61,296 nucleotides of DNA, filler included, from Vannella sp. (GCA_023345925.1; 5 parts of 5 records of this genome joined end to end with filler, not necessarily neighbours in it); one strand, 5' to 3'; positions 12,962 through 24,950 are shown, numbered from the whole stretch's first letter. Numbers and translations are program-made. The notes: generated from the sequence alone by a model not told the origin.

Positions 12962-13238
12962 CCTCAGTGAGTTCTCAAGGCTTCTTTGGTGGCAGATCTC
13001 CAGATGGCTTCCTTGAACACGATCGATCGGTTGCACGCAAACAACCATTTGACGAGAAAGCAAATAATGACATATGTCGGATGACACTGATGTCAGTGAT
13101 GATGAATTCATTAAGATTCTGTCGTTATTCACATACAAACCGGTTCAGTTTCATGCAATGATCGTGCTACCTACCAGATTTATTCATTCTTGGGTTCAGG
13201 GAGGCTGTTGGAGGAGAATATGATACAAATGCCATCAG

Positions 13239-16200
13239 TTAGGGAATCAGTTGCTCCAGGGTGGCACCACGAGGTTCACGCTTCTGAGATAGATCGAAGA
13301 GACTGTTTTCATCATTGCTGGCAAGCTCAGTGAGAAAGTGGGCGATATTGACAAACTGGTCCGTATAGCTCTGCTGCTGATACTGTTGGATCTCTCGGAT
13401 CACAGCGAAAACCATCTCTCGTTTACGGTAATTGATAAGTCCTTGGACAAAGTCGGGATTTCCGTCTTCAATGAAGGTGATGTCTGTCAGATACGTGCCT
13501 CTGCATTCGATATGTTAGGTGGTTCAATAATTAGGTTCCCTGAACATACAAGAAAGGTACACAGGGAGGGTCGACGTCGTGGAGTTTCTGTCGATAATTG
13601 CCGTACGATTGCGTGGGATCCATAAGCTCCGTCAGTTCTTCGAAAATCTACTTTGGCGTTATTTCTCATGTAAAGGGTAATCCGAGGTTGCCCTTACTCG
13701 TTTGGTCTGATCAGGAATTTGTTCTCGTGTGAACTTAAGTCGGTAGATGGCGGACATGTTAATGCCAGCAAGGACTGCCATCAGAGAGTTGAAGTTGTTA
13801 AGATGGAACATGTGCTGCCAAGGTGTTAGCTCCATTCAGTGGGCTTCAAGGGAAGGACTCACTTGGGCAATATGGACCATTTTCGTGTACGCTCGTACTC
13901 TTCCTCGTAACGACTCCTGCCACAGAATGACACTGGCCACCCACATGGTCAATGCAGTTGATCTAGCAATCAAGGCCAAGACGTTTTTTGCTCGGTATCG
14001 ATACTTGGGTTTACTCCAAGCGCAGTTTAGCAGCTCCACGGGCTACGAAGGGGTTAAGCGACTTTCCTCCAAAATGAAGACCCACTCACCTTAATGGCTT
14101 CGTAAATGCGGAAATCGACCAAAGTGAGCTGACGGGCGATTTCCTCTTCGTTAATTACAAAGAGGAGCTTACTCGGAAGAAGGGGAATCTTCTCCTCCAC
14201 AGTAAGGGCAATAATCTCAGACTTTGTGGTTTGTCGGTCATCCCGTTTCTACCTGGGGTGAGTTCTCCGTACTTCAGTAGCAGAATGAAAAACTTACCTT
14301 CTGCAAGGCCGTTTGAATGGTATTAGCAAACTTCAAATAGGCCGGTTTTGTAGCCAACTCGCCAAGGAACTGATCAAGAGAGGAGAGGAATGTATCACTG
14401 AATTCCTCGTACTGCGTTTCAATGAGATATTTGAGTGCGTTGCAGCACCTCAGTTGAATCGGCAGAGATTCAGCAGCGTCATTTGTGGGGACATGGTAGC
14501 GTTGAATGATCTTGTCCAGCAGGACTTCTGGGGTTGTGAATGAGCGATATGTGGTGATGAAGGTCTTCATGCGGTTCATGTCCAAGTTGGCTGTTGTGTG
14601 AATGATCAACTTATTGAGCGTGGAACAGCGCAGGTTCCCGTTATCTGAGAACAGAACGCGCCCTTCGTCCTCCTCCGGTTCATCCCAGATGGACTCTGTG
14701 GACTCCACATAGTCATCAGGGATATCCAAAGAAGATTGGGTGAAACTGGCGGGTGGAGGAGGAACGATCTCAGGAGGATCAGCCACGATTGTCTCTGCTT
14801 TCTTCAGGTGCTCTTCGGTGGGTTTGATGACATCATCCAACGATTCTCGATCAGATGTGTCAACTTCTGAGAAAGCACGGAAGGAAGCGACTATCTCATG
14901 GAGGAGAGCGCGCATTGGGCGTTCATTCTCTTTCATGATAGCGAATGCATCAACGGAAGGGTTGGCGACTTGCTCCTTTGTTCTTTGCATGAAGTCCGCA
15001 AACTGCTGTTTGATTTCAACGCCAAAGGTGCTCACGGTCTCTCGTACAGCTGGCATGGCTAGCATGTTGGTCCCCGCCAAGCTTTCATTGAGGACACCCC
15101 ACAGCTGGGCCACACAGCAAGAAGCTACTTTTGCTTCTGTAAGAATGCTCTGCTCGAGAGGGCTATTGAAGGAGTTAACAAGCTTGGCGATGCTCACAAC
15201 TGCTGCACGAGCAGCTGCTTCTGTCTCCATTCGGGCTCCAAGGCTGATCAGTGGTCCTGAGCACTTGTTTCCAACCAAACTCGCTAGAGTACTGCTTGTC
15301 TTCTTCAGGTGATCTTGAAGCTGAGGAATGAGGGACGCGTCGACCTTCTCTGCTGTAAGAGAGAGCGCATCAACCAGTCCTGCAAGCGAGTCCCTGACAG
15401 TAGAGATGGAAAGGAAGCTTGTCTTGAACACGCTGGCGTCCGACTCGCACTCTGAAGCCGCCAGCTTGAGGGCAGCGCAGATGATCGAGGAGAAGTTAGC
15501 GAGGTCAACTGTCAAGCAGGAGATGTTGCAGGTCTTCTTATGATCATATGCCTTTTGAGCTTCCTTCACAAAGACTAGGAAGCGGTTGTTAAAGTCCAAA
15601 AGGTCCTCCGCGGCAACGCCCAACTGAGCATTGAGGAACTCAACTTTGACAGGCGAGAGGCTCGCTCGTACCTTCCCGAGAGTAGACCGAGATACAGCTA
15701 GGAGCTGTTTGTTTGCGTTACCGAACTTCTTGCACGCCTCGCACACAAGATCGTGCTCTTCTTCGGTTAGAACGACAGGTTTGGGAGGCAGCTGTGGTTT
15801 GGGCGGAACTGCAGGTGGTCTGGAAGCTGTCAGTGTATCTCCCCTTGCGGGTGGAGTCGGAGAGGGCTTGCTGGGGATAACAGGCTTTGGGGGAGTCGGT
15901 GTGAGCGGCCCAGAGGTGGCACCAACCTGCTCCACGCTGGATGGAGGAGCAGTGCATGGGGCCGGCGGCATCTTGTGCTTGTTGAGTCGAACTGGAGCGG
16001 GGGGAGGAGGTCGGTTGCCTGGAGGGCGAGGTAAGACCACCGGCTTTGTGGGTTCTCTTTGGTTTGAATCAGGGGTAGACTGTGTTCTTTCCACCATCAT
16101 CTTCCTTGGAGGTGGAACTGGGCTCCCTTCACCTCGCACGTCGGTGAGGCTGGTTCCTGTTGGGAGACGAGGAAGTGCGCGGCCTCCTCCTACGTTAGAG

Positions 16201-16421
16201 GGAGCCTCTTGAAGTGGTACCTCTGCCCCAGCACCTTCATCTGAGCTATTTCTTTCCGGTGCTACGAGAGAGACAGCGGACATGCGCTGCCCACCCATCA
16301 TGGAGAGGCGCGAGTTCTTGTTGGGACCAGCCACTGAAGGAGAGCGGAACATGTTCTCATGGCGTGAAAGCTGCCGTGGTGGGGGCTTATCAGGAATCAC
16401 TGGTGTGACGGGCGCGGACAT
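13239..16421 (-). CDS. RasGEF (REM + CDC25 domains) with a Pro-rich N-terminus
   Basis: REM motif TFITTYRSFTTPEVLLDKIIQRY, downstream EEEIARQLTLVDF, WSK, NFNNFNSL and PYM-type motifs; ends LSQKREPRGATLEQLIP*. Confidence 0.9.
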
Positions 16422-16699
16422 TGGGAGGAAGTCCACCCGCTTGCGCCAACAAAGAAATCCTCTCGCCGGCCCGCATCGATTTATTCATATAATAATAACA
16501 CACAGAAAGTTCCTATTTATTCTCTTTGTGGATGTCTGGATGAAGAGTTTGGCCATCTCTGCTCCTTCGTTGTCCCCTTTAGGTTTGTTGTGGAGCTCGA
16601 GAACGGTGATGGCCAGCGTCTTGGCAAGCGGTGATGCATCAAAGGAAGCGGGTACTCTTCTTTCTGCTGCGGGTGGCCGAAGGAGGGGCGGGCTGGATG

Positions 16700-16990
16700 G
16701 ACGAAAGCGTGGGAGTGGATTGATTCCTGATCCTGTGGTTGATTCCGAGTTGTCCTTTGTGATTGCGCCCGAAGACCAGCAAGCCACCTTCCTCTAGGAA
16801 CACCAAAGAATGGTGCCATCCGGCGAGGGTTCCCAGGGCGCTCATTCCTTTCAAAGAAGGTGCCAGAGTTGGTGCTCGATGAGAATGGCAACCAAGTTGC
16901 CCAGTGTTGTTCATCCCACAGCCAAAAGGCCCCCTTCGAGGGAGAGGAGGAGCGTGTGGTGCCCCAAAGGTATCCCAAGAAATACTCCTC
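16700..16990 (-). pseudogene. Frameshifted RCC1-repeat relic
   Basis: HTLLLSLEGG / GCGMNNTGQLG / AGWHHSLVFLEEGGLLVFGRNHKGQLG are split over different frames. Confidence 0.65.
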
Positions 16991-18669
16991 AACTGGCTCT
17001 TTCATTGTGCCGATCAGATCGGCATCAGTTCTAAGGGATCAGTCATGGTACTGAGCGAGGTGTGTCGCGGAACTCGATTGCATCCACGTTTCTTTATCGT
17101 GCGCTTCGAGGATGAGCCTATCCTCGGATGCCATAACTCCTTCTTCCTCCCTGACGATCTGCGCCTTCAAAGCACTGCCTGGAGAGCCCAGTGGGCCCCG
17201 AAAGAACAAGACAGAGCGAAATAGGACCTCGCAAGAGGCTTGCTGGTCTGATCCCTCTACCTTTCGTACGAGATCTCTGGCGAATCACGTCCTTTTCAAT
17301 ACCAAGAACTGCCGAGCCGGCAGCAAAGTACTGGCTCCCGTCTTGTTCCCCTGCTCCTTTGCTCACGACCAGGAGAAGTCATTGGATCTGTCGGGTGGAA
17401 CGAGGGCTTTTGTATCCTCAACAGCCAAGAACATGCAGTGGCTCTTGTGACCAGGAAAGGCAGCCAATCACTGTGCTGGCTTCTCCCTTCTCCCATTCCC
17501 TTGGGCACAAAGAGGAGAATGGACTGATCAGTCCACTGCTTCTGGAGTTCAATTGGGACACCATGAGACCATCCTTGGTATTGATTTCGATGGTCTTGAT
17601 GGCACTGGTTGTTCTTTGCAGTGGAGGAGAAGGTGGAGGAGATGGTAGCGGACTGATATATATGATATCACTTCTATTTCAAGAACCCCAGTAACCATTG
17701 CAAGAACGACGACTCTTCAATTAGTAACAAAGAAGGAGTGTTTGGGCTCACTAAATCATCTGGAAATCGGGCTCTTTTGAGTTTCATGCAATTTCCATCC
17801 TCCCCCAAGCTCGCTTCTCTGTTAGCCTTTGGTACGATTTTGTTTCAGGAAAGCAGAGCATCCATGCCGCGGTAATCAGGGCACACTGCCAAGTGCTGCA
17901 GCCATCCGATCCCAGGAGAGAGTGTCATCTATCTCTGTGCTTCAGCCACCCGAGAACGCCGCGTTTCCTGAAATTGCCCTCAATCGAAGTCAGGCGGAGA
18001 CCGTCCCGTCGAGGGCTACTCTGCTCTCTCCACTCTCCCATCACACATTTCTCCTGACGGCATCATGATGAGGAGGCTGAGATGGCTATGGAATGTATAC
18101 GGCGGAGTAGGGCCTAGATAGGTTGAAGGGGAACTCTGGTTCCAAAGAACCACCTCAATGACGCTACAAAAGCTTTTCAGTATTCGCCAATTCGAACCGC
18201 CTCACTTCAGAGTGAGACGCCGAAGCCATTCTGGCGGAACTCTGGGAAAGGGGAAGTGAAGAGGGAAATGAGGGAATCTCCCATAATCCAGCTGGGAAGG
18301 AAGAAAGCAAATATAAAGGCTCACCTAATGCTTTGGAGTTGGGCATCTACTGTCAAACCCTCATCTCAAGCTCCAAAGAATGAGCACTCCTTGATCTGAA
18401 CGCAAGCATGTGAAGGCGCATGTAAACATCCGGGGCTGAAAGTCCGCAAGAAAAAATGAAGGCCAGCTGATTGGTGAAGCGCGGGGCGCCTCGAGGTTGA
18501 CCAATCGATGAGAGGAATAGGTAGAAGGGGTGCTGCTATGCACAAAACCCCCCAGATCAAACAAACACTTCTGACGAGAAGGACCCGGAGAAAAAGCCCG
18601 AGGCCCGGCTGAAAAAAAACCTCATTTTTTTATTCCCTGAGACTCTTTCTGGGCCAGTGTGTCCACAAG

Positions 18670-18830
18670 CGAAGGAGAACGCATTTGGAGGGGAAGATGC
18701 CGCGTTCCTCCTCGTACATGCCTTCCCACCCGAGTCCGCGGCACTTTGTAAGACTAATAACTTGGCCCATGACCAAACTCAAGTCCCTCGGTTGGCCACT
18801 TCGTAGGCTTTGATGACTTTGACCCACCCT
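18670..18830 (-). pseudogene. SH3-domain relic with a 1-nt frameshift
   Basis: VKVIKAYE in one frame continues as GQPRDLSLVMGQVISLTK..GWEG...RGIFPSKCV in another. Confidence 0.65.
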
Positions 18831-19269
18831 CAGCTCCTTCGTCCTCAGCAACTCTATCCTCAGAGGCCCCTCCATGCTCCCTTTATCCCCAGCCCCTCAA
18901 CCCTCAGCCGTCAGTCTCAGTCCCTCAATCTCAGCTCCCCTCCATTTCCCTTGACCCTCAGCCTCTTCAACCTCAACTTCCATTGCCACCATCCACAGCT
19001 CCTTCAAGCCCAGCCCTCCATCTCCCTTACCCTCAGTCCCTTCATTCACTGCAGAAAGATCACTCCAGCCCTCCTTCCTTCATCCTCAACTCCCCTCACT
19101 TAACACCCGGGAGCCGTTAAGCGCAAGGAATGGGAAGGTATTGACAAGCCGCCTATCCTAATGAATCGCGGCGCTGCTTCATTACTCATAGAATCTTCCG
19201 TATCATCTTGTGTTCCATTCCCACCAAATAAACAAGCAAACCACCAAGTATTAATATGTTTCAACGCAA

Positions 19270-19420
19270 AGAGAAAATCCACGAAGGGGAAGAGGGTTCC
19301 AAAACTCGTAGAGTGTCCTGATGACCTCCATCTCTTCAGGATAAGCTTTTGAGCTGATTTCATTTTTTGAGTTTTGGGTGCTGAATGAGGGGAAATGCCC
19401 TCACCGCTCGTGACTTTTCT
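19270..19420 (-). repeat. Dispersed repeat copy A, homologous to 34870-35035
   Basis: 28-bp identical core TTATCCTGAAGAGATGGAGGTCATCAGG (19317-19344, reverse strand) with similar flanks. Confidence 0.85.
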
Positions 19421-19750
19421 CAATCCCATTTTTTGGCGAGTGGACCTCTCAAAAGGCCTCAGGCGGTGAAAGGATGCAAGCTTCCTCAAGTGCAGACAAA
19501 AAGATGAATTCCGAAAGGCCAAACGGACTGTCAACAGTTGTCCTCAGCTTGTGAAAGCTTCTTCAACAGTTGGACGATCGATAAACGGACACGCTATCAG
19601 CAGAAAGCCAAAGGGAGCAGAGAGTTGGTCCGGGAGCAGAGTTGGTTGCCCTAAGCGAGGTTAAAACTGACCAATCAGCAATCAGGGTGTCCAAAGAAAA
19701 GGGAACCACTAAACCCTCAATTAAACAGCGAGAGTCGAATCCACTTTGCC

Positions 19751-22700
19751 ATGGCTTCCTTTGAGGAGCCGGAAAGGATGGATGATGGCCCTCCAGACGA
19801 TGTGGTAGTGAAGATCATCCAGCTAGTTGGTAAGCGTTCTAGGCAGCAAACTGCAGATGAGACACCGACAAAGAGAAGGAAGGAAGAAAGCGCCTCGCGA
19901 TTGGGGGAAGGGTTAGGAAAAGCGTTGAACCTTCATTTTTCGCGGTCCACGAGCATGAGTGGGGGTGGAGACGTTCGTGATACTCTGATTCGCGATGTCA
20001 TACCTCATGCTACTGCTATTGTTACTGTCAAGAAGGAGGATTCCATCGCCACGGCTCTCAAGGCACTGAAAGACCACCAGATCTCTGCTGTTGGAGTGAC
20101 GGACGCGGGGGGCGACTGCTTTGTTGGTGTATTGACTGCGTTTGATTTGATGACCTATGTCTCCTTCTCCTCTTACAAGGAGGATCTTCCTGATGAGGTG
20201 AAGGCTGTCAAGTCTCTCGAAACCGCTGTTGGCGGTGTGGTTGGCGTCTTCCATGCGGAGGACAAGAAGATCTGGGACTTTGACGAGGACCTCCCTGTCG
20301 TACAGCTTCTTGAGCCCATGAGCAAAGGCGTTCATCGCGCTGTTGTTGTGACTGCGGATGGCCGCTTCAAGCTCATTTCCCAGTTGGACGTTGTCCGCTT
20401 CGGTTACGAGAAGAAGGAGGAGTTCAGTGATTGCTTGACTACTCTCGAGGAGCTTGGCTTGGGCAACCCTTCTGTATCAAAGGTGTACAGCGTCTCCTCT
20501 GACCAGACGGCTCTACGAGCCTTCCGTACGATGCAGATGGAAGGATTCACTGCTCTCCCTGTGGTGGACAGCGAAACCGGTGTTCTAATCTCCACCATCT
20601 CAGCAGAGGATGTCCGCGAACTGTCCCCTTCCAATCTTGACGTTGTTCGTTCGACTGTTGTGGACTTCCTCAAGACCATTCATGGCTCAGTCCCTGCCCC
20701 TCTCTCGGTCACACGCAGCTCTCTTCTAGGAGACGTGATGAAGCAGATGGTCAGTGAGCGCCACAAGCATGCTTGGGTGGTGGACGACAACAACCGTCCT
20801 GTATCGACTGTGAGCTTCTCTGATGTCATCAATCGAATGCAAGGCATCAACGAAGATCTTCAGAGCCGTGCACTGGCTGTCTACGGTCGAGGAGCGATGA
20901 AGAAGCTCTTCGAGACCAAAGTGCTCATCTCAGGGCTCAACGGACTCGGTGCTGAGATCGCTAAGAACGTTATTCTGGCTAACGTCAACTCTGTGACCCT
21001 CCACGATACCAAAGACACCGCGTTCGCTGATCTCAGTTCCCATTTCTACCTTGGTGAAGCTGACGTTGGCACTAACCGGGCTGCAGCTTGTCTCAACAAG
21101 CTTGCAGAGTTAAACCCTTCAGTCCGTGTGACTGCTGTCTCGGGGGAGACCCTTTCAGAGGAGATTCTTGCTCAGCACAACATTGTTGTCCTCTTGGAGA
21201 CCTCAAACAAGGAGTCTATCCGCATCAACGCCTTCTGCCGTACCAACGGCATCTCTTTCATCAAGACAGACGTGAAGGGATTGGCGGGATCGGTCTTCTG
21301 TGACTTTGGACCCAACTTTACTGTCCACGACGTGACAGGCGAGCAACCTCAGACTGCCATTGTTCAGGAGATCAACGCTGATGGCCGTGTGCAGTGCGTG
21401 AACGAGGAGATGCTTACCTTGCAAGATGGGGACATTGTCACCTTCGCTGAGGTCAAAGGCATGACAGAGCTCAACCAGGGAGAGTACACAATCGACCGTG
21501 TCACTCCTTATTCCTTCTATATCAAGGATGCCGGGCAGCTTTCTCAGTATGAGATTGGTGGCATTGTCACCCAGGTCAAGAAGCCCAAGGTCATTGAATT
21601 TGAGTCACTTGAAGCTCGTTTGAAGGGATGCGACATGCAAGAGCCTCCAGATTTCTCCAAGTGGGACCGTCACCACGTCTTGCACGCGGCCTTCCTAGCG
21701 TTGGATGCCTTCCAGGAGGCCAATGGTCGCAATCCCCGTCCAGCAAACAAGGAGGATGCTGAATCGTTTACCAAGCTATGGAGCGAGATTAACAGTACCT
21801 GTGAGGCTCAATCGGACTTGGAATCTTGCAAGAAGGTGCTTGAACAGTTTGCTCATGGAGCAGGGACTGTCATCAATCCCATGGCTGCGGCCTTTGGTGG
21901 AATTGTGGGACAGGAAGTGACCAAAGCCGCTACTGGAAAGTTCCACCCCATCAACCAGTGGTTCTATCTGGATGCTTTTGAGGTTCTCCCTGACGAGTTG
22001 CTTCCTGAAGAGGAGTATGCATCTCAAGGCAGCCGATACGATGCCCAAATTCAGCTCCTCGGAAAGAGTTTCCAAGAGAAGATCAAGAACCTCCGCTACT
22101 TCCTGGTAGGCGCTGGAGCACTTGGATGTGAGTTCATGAAGAACTTTGCCATGACTGGACTTGGCTGTGGAGAGAAGGGTCAGGTTGTCATCACAGATGA
22201 CGATGTCATCGAAAAGTCCAACCTTTCCCGCCAGTTCCTCTTCAGAAACTGGCACATTCACAAGCCCAAGTCCATCTGCGCCGCAGAGAGCATCCGTGCT
22301 ATGAACCCTAGCATCAATGTTGTTGCCAAACAGGATCGAGTTTGCACTCAAACGGAAAACGTCTTTGACGTGGACTTCTGGCGTAGTCTCGATGGTGTCT
22401 GTAACGCACTCGACAACATCAAGGCCCGCTTGTACGTGGATGAGCGTTGCATCTTCTTTGAGAAGTCCCTGTTGGAGTCTGGCACTTTGGGACCCAAGTG
22501 CAACTCTCAAGTGATTATCCCTCACAAGACCCGCCATTATGGTGACCAACCTGACCAGCCTGAGAAGGAGGCTCCTGTTTGTGTGCTTCACCATTTCCCC
22601 CACAACATCCAACACTGTTTGACTTGGGGCCGCTCTGAGTTCAACGGGAACTTTGAGATTGCCCCCTCTGAAGTCAACAAGTACGTGGCAGACGCTCAGT

Positions 22701-23932
22701 ATGTCTCCACTCTTCGTGAGGCTCAGATTGCAGAGAATGACATCAAAGAGAAGTTGCAAGTCATCCATCGAGTGCTGAAGATGCCATGCAGGACCTTTGA
22801 GGATTGCGTGAAATGGGCCCGTTTGGACTTTGAAGAGAACTTCTCGAACAAGATTAAAGAGTTAATCCACAACTTCCCTGAGGACGCCAGGAACAAGAGC
22901 GGAGCGCTCTTCTGGTCTCCTCCCAAACGGTTCCCCACTCCAGTCACTTTTGATGCCAAGGATCCCATGCACATGCAGTTCATCATGGCTGGTGCCAACC
23001 TCAAGGCCAGTACATTCAACATTCCCCGTCCCCGCCAAAGCCGAAAGCCAGACTTCCTGGAGGACATTCTCTCCCGTGTTGAGGTCCCAGTCTTCGTACC
23101 CAAGTCCAAGAGGATCAAGGTCGAGGAAACAGAGGCTGACCCTGATGATGAGACCATCGAGGAGCTCCACAAGAGATTGCCTTCCGGGGAGGTCTTGAAA
23201 GATCTGGGTATGGCGCCAGAGGACTTTGAGAAGGACGACGACACCAACTTCCACATGGACTTCATTGCTGCGGCTGCTAACTTGCGCGCTCGCAACTATT
23301 CCATTGAAGAGGTGGACAAGTTGAAGGCCAAGCTAATTGCTGGTCGCATTATCCCGGCCATTGCCACAGCGACAGCGTTGGCCACTGGTTTAGTGATGCT
23401 GGAGCTCTTTAAGATGGTCAATGACCGCCCCATGGGTGACTTCTTGACCACGGGGGCGTACCGTTGCTCATCGAACAACCTGGCCCTTCCCCAGTTCTCC
23501 TTCTTCGAGCCTCTGACTCCCGTTGTGATTGAGGACCACGTAGAGAAGACCGTCCCTGATCCCATTAATCATCCTGAATACGAGGAAGAGGAGGAAGTGG
23601 TGGCTTATCCCCCCAAACACACTATTTGGGACAAGATCAATGTCAAGATTGGGTCTGAATTCACCTTGCGCGAGCTGATTGACCACTTTAAGAGCGAGCA
23701 CGGGCTCACTGTGGATATGCTGACTATGGTAGTCAGTGAGAGTAAAGCGGTCTTGGTGTACGGGACATACAACGCCAACACCCACTCCCGTCTCGATGTC
23801 AAGTTCTCGGACCTGCTGCGAGAGCGTGTTGGAAAGGAGTTGTCTGACATGCATTACTACGTTCCTGAGATCCTCTTCTCCAAGGATGGAGACACTGTGG
23901 CCAGTCCTCCTGTCGTGATCCACATCAAGTAG
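19751..23932 (+). CDS. UBA1: Ubiquitin-activating enzyme E1 (UBA1-type) with four N-terminal CBS repeats
   Basis: One uninterrupted 1393-aa ORF. CBS repeats ~19990-20836, then INEDLQSR, GLNGLGAEIAKN, GAGALGCE, IEKSNLSRQFLFR, catalytic PVCVLHHFP, FEKDDDTNFHMDF, IAGRIIPAIAT and a C-terminal UFD. Confidence 0.95.
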   Translation: MASFEEPERMDDGPPDDVVVKIIQLVGKRSRQQTADETPTKRRKEESASRLGEGLGKALNLHFSRSTSMSGGGDVRDTLIRDVIPHATAIVTVKKEDSIATALKALKDHQISAVGVTDAGGDCFVGVLTAFDLMTYVSFSSYKEDLPDEVKAVKSLETAVGGVVGVFHAEDKKIWDFDEDLPVVQLLEPMSKGVHRAVVVTADGRFKLISQLDVVRFGYEKKEEFSDCLTTLEELGLGNPSVSKVYSVSSDQTALRAFRTMQMEGFTALPVVDSETGVLISTISAEDVRELSPSNLDVVRSTVVDFLKTIHGSVPAPLSVTRSSLLGDVMKQMVSERHKHAWVVDDNNRPVSTVSFSDVINRMQGINEDLQSRALAVYGRGAMKKLFETKVLISGLNGLGAEIAKNVILANVNSVTLHDTKDTAFADLSSHFYLGEADVGTNRAAACLNKLAELNPSVRVTAVSGETLSEEILAQHNIVVLLETSNKESIRINAFCRTNGISFIKTDVKGLAGSVFCDFGPNFTVHDVTGEQPQTAIVQEINADGRVQCVNEEMLTLQDGDIVTFAEVKGMTELNQGEYTIDRVTPYSFYIKDAGQLSQYEIGGIVTQVKKPKVIEFESLEARLKGCDMQEPPDFSKWDRHHVLHAAFLALDAFQEANGRNPRPANKEDAESFTKLWSEINSTCEAQSDLESCKKVLEQFAHGAGTVINPMAAAFGGIVGQEVTKAATGKFHPINQWFYLDAFEVLPDELLPEEEYASQGSRYDAQIQLLGKSFQEKIKNLRYFLVGAGALGCEFMKNFAMTGLGCGEKGQVVITDDDVIEKSNLSRQFLFRNWHIHKPKSICAAESIRAMNPSINVVAKQDRVCTQTENVFDVDFWRSLDGVCNALDNIKARLYVDERCIFFEKSLLESGTLGPKCNSQVIIPHKTRHYGDQPDQPEKEAPVCVLHHFPHNIQHCLTWGRSEFNGNFEIAPSEVNKYVADAQYVSTLREAQIAENDIKEKLQVIHRVLKMPCRTFEDCVKWARLDFEENFSNKIKELIHNFPEDARNKSGALFWSPPKRFPTPVTFDAKDPMHMQFIMAGANLKASTFNIPRPRQSRKPDFLEDILSRVEVPVFVPKSKRIKVEETEADPDDETIEELHKRLPSGEVLKDLGMAPEDFEKDDDTNFHMDFIAAAANLRARNYSIEEVDKLKAKLIAGRIIPAIATATALATGLVMLELFKMVNDRPMGDFLTTGAYRCSSNNLALPQFSFFEPLTPVVIEDHVEKTVPDPINHPEYEEEEEVVAYPPKHTIWDKINVKIGSEFTLRELIDHFKSEHGLTVDMLTMVVSESKAVLVYGTYNANTHSRLDVKFSDLLRERVGKELSDMHYYVPEILFSKDGDTVASPPVVIHIK

Positions 23933-24064
23933 ATCTCATTCTCACAGAAATAGACGCCTTCACTCCCTTCCTTCCCTGGAGTAGTCGGAGAGGGATCTAG
24001 GGCATTTAGGGGGTTATTGCCGGGGATCACACTATGTACACCCCTGCGGAAGGCGGCACAACCC

Positions 24065-24950
24065 TCAACAAGGACAATCTGGTTCTGTTCGGCGTGTCTG
24101 AGGGTTGAGCCGAAGAGTGCTCGGATCCGGCTGGGTGTCAACCAGGGGCATACCTTCGATGAGCTTCTCGCCTGAATGGGAGTTAGAATGCTCTCCAGGA
24201 CGAGGGGGCTGAGGGGCTCACCTAGGCGTTGGAAAAGTTCTTCAATGTTCGTCCCTAACTTGGCTGAGGTCTCAAAGAACAGTAATGACTGTTCCTTAGC
24301 GTAATCTGATGCTTCCTGGGTCCAGTGTGAGTACAGGAGGGCTTGGTAGAGGGCAAACCCACTTGCTGAGTAACTGTCCGCTTCTCCTCGAGGTCGCTCT
24401 TGTTCCCAACGAAGAAGATCACGCAGTCCTTCCGACCACCAGAGTGGAGCTCTCCTAACCATCGTTTTGACTTCTCGAGAGAGTCCTAGCAAGAGTCAGG
24501 CTCGTCCCTTCATCCCCTTCACCCTAACCTGGTCTGAGATGTCGAAGACAACCAAAGCTGCGGCTGCATCTCGGTAGTACATAGGAGCCAAACTAACTTC
24601 TACGTGAGTAGGTGTGACTCACACAGAGGTAGACCCACCTATGGTAGCGTTCTTGACCGGCCGTGTCCCAGATTTCGAACTTGACTCGTTTGCCAGCTAC
24701 GGTGATGGTCTTTGTAAGGAAGGCAGCTATCTGAGGTGTGAGGAAGTGCTGCAGACGGTGCCTGCTCTGTTCGTACCGCCGATCGTGTTCTCTCTCCTCT
24801 CAAAGAACTTGCCCTTCACAAAGCGGAGGACCAGGCTCTGCCTTCAGTGAGCCAACAACCACAAGTACACTACACCTGAGCACTCACAGATTTGCCAACA
24901 TCAGAGGCGCCAAGCAGAACGACCTTTTGAGTGCAGAAGGGCTCGTCCAT
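24065..24950 (-). CDS. Rab GTPase of the Rab5 group
   Basis: [50 protein letters not shown] and C-terminal CPC prenylation site; several introns. Confidence 0.9.

Noticed and set aside
17000..18560. Short ORFs between the RasGEF and the SH3 relic
   Set aside because: No recognisable motifs or consistent frame; likely decayed or intergenic sequence.
21776..23923. Long antisense ORFs (e.g. 21776..22768, 36222..36812, 15631..16212)
   Set aside because: Shadows of codon bias or repeats on the opposite strand of real genes, with no motifs of their own.
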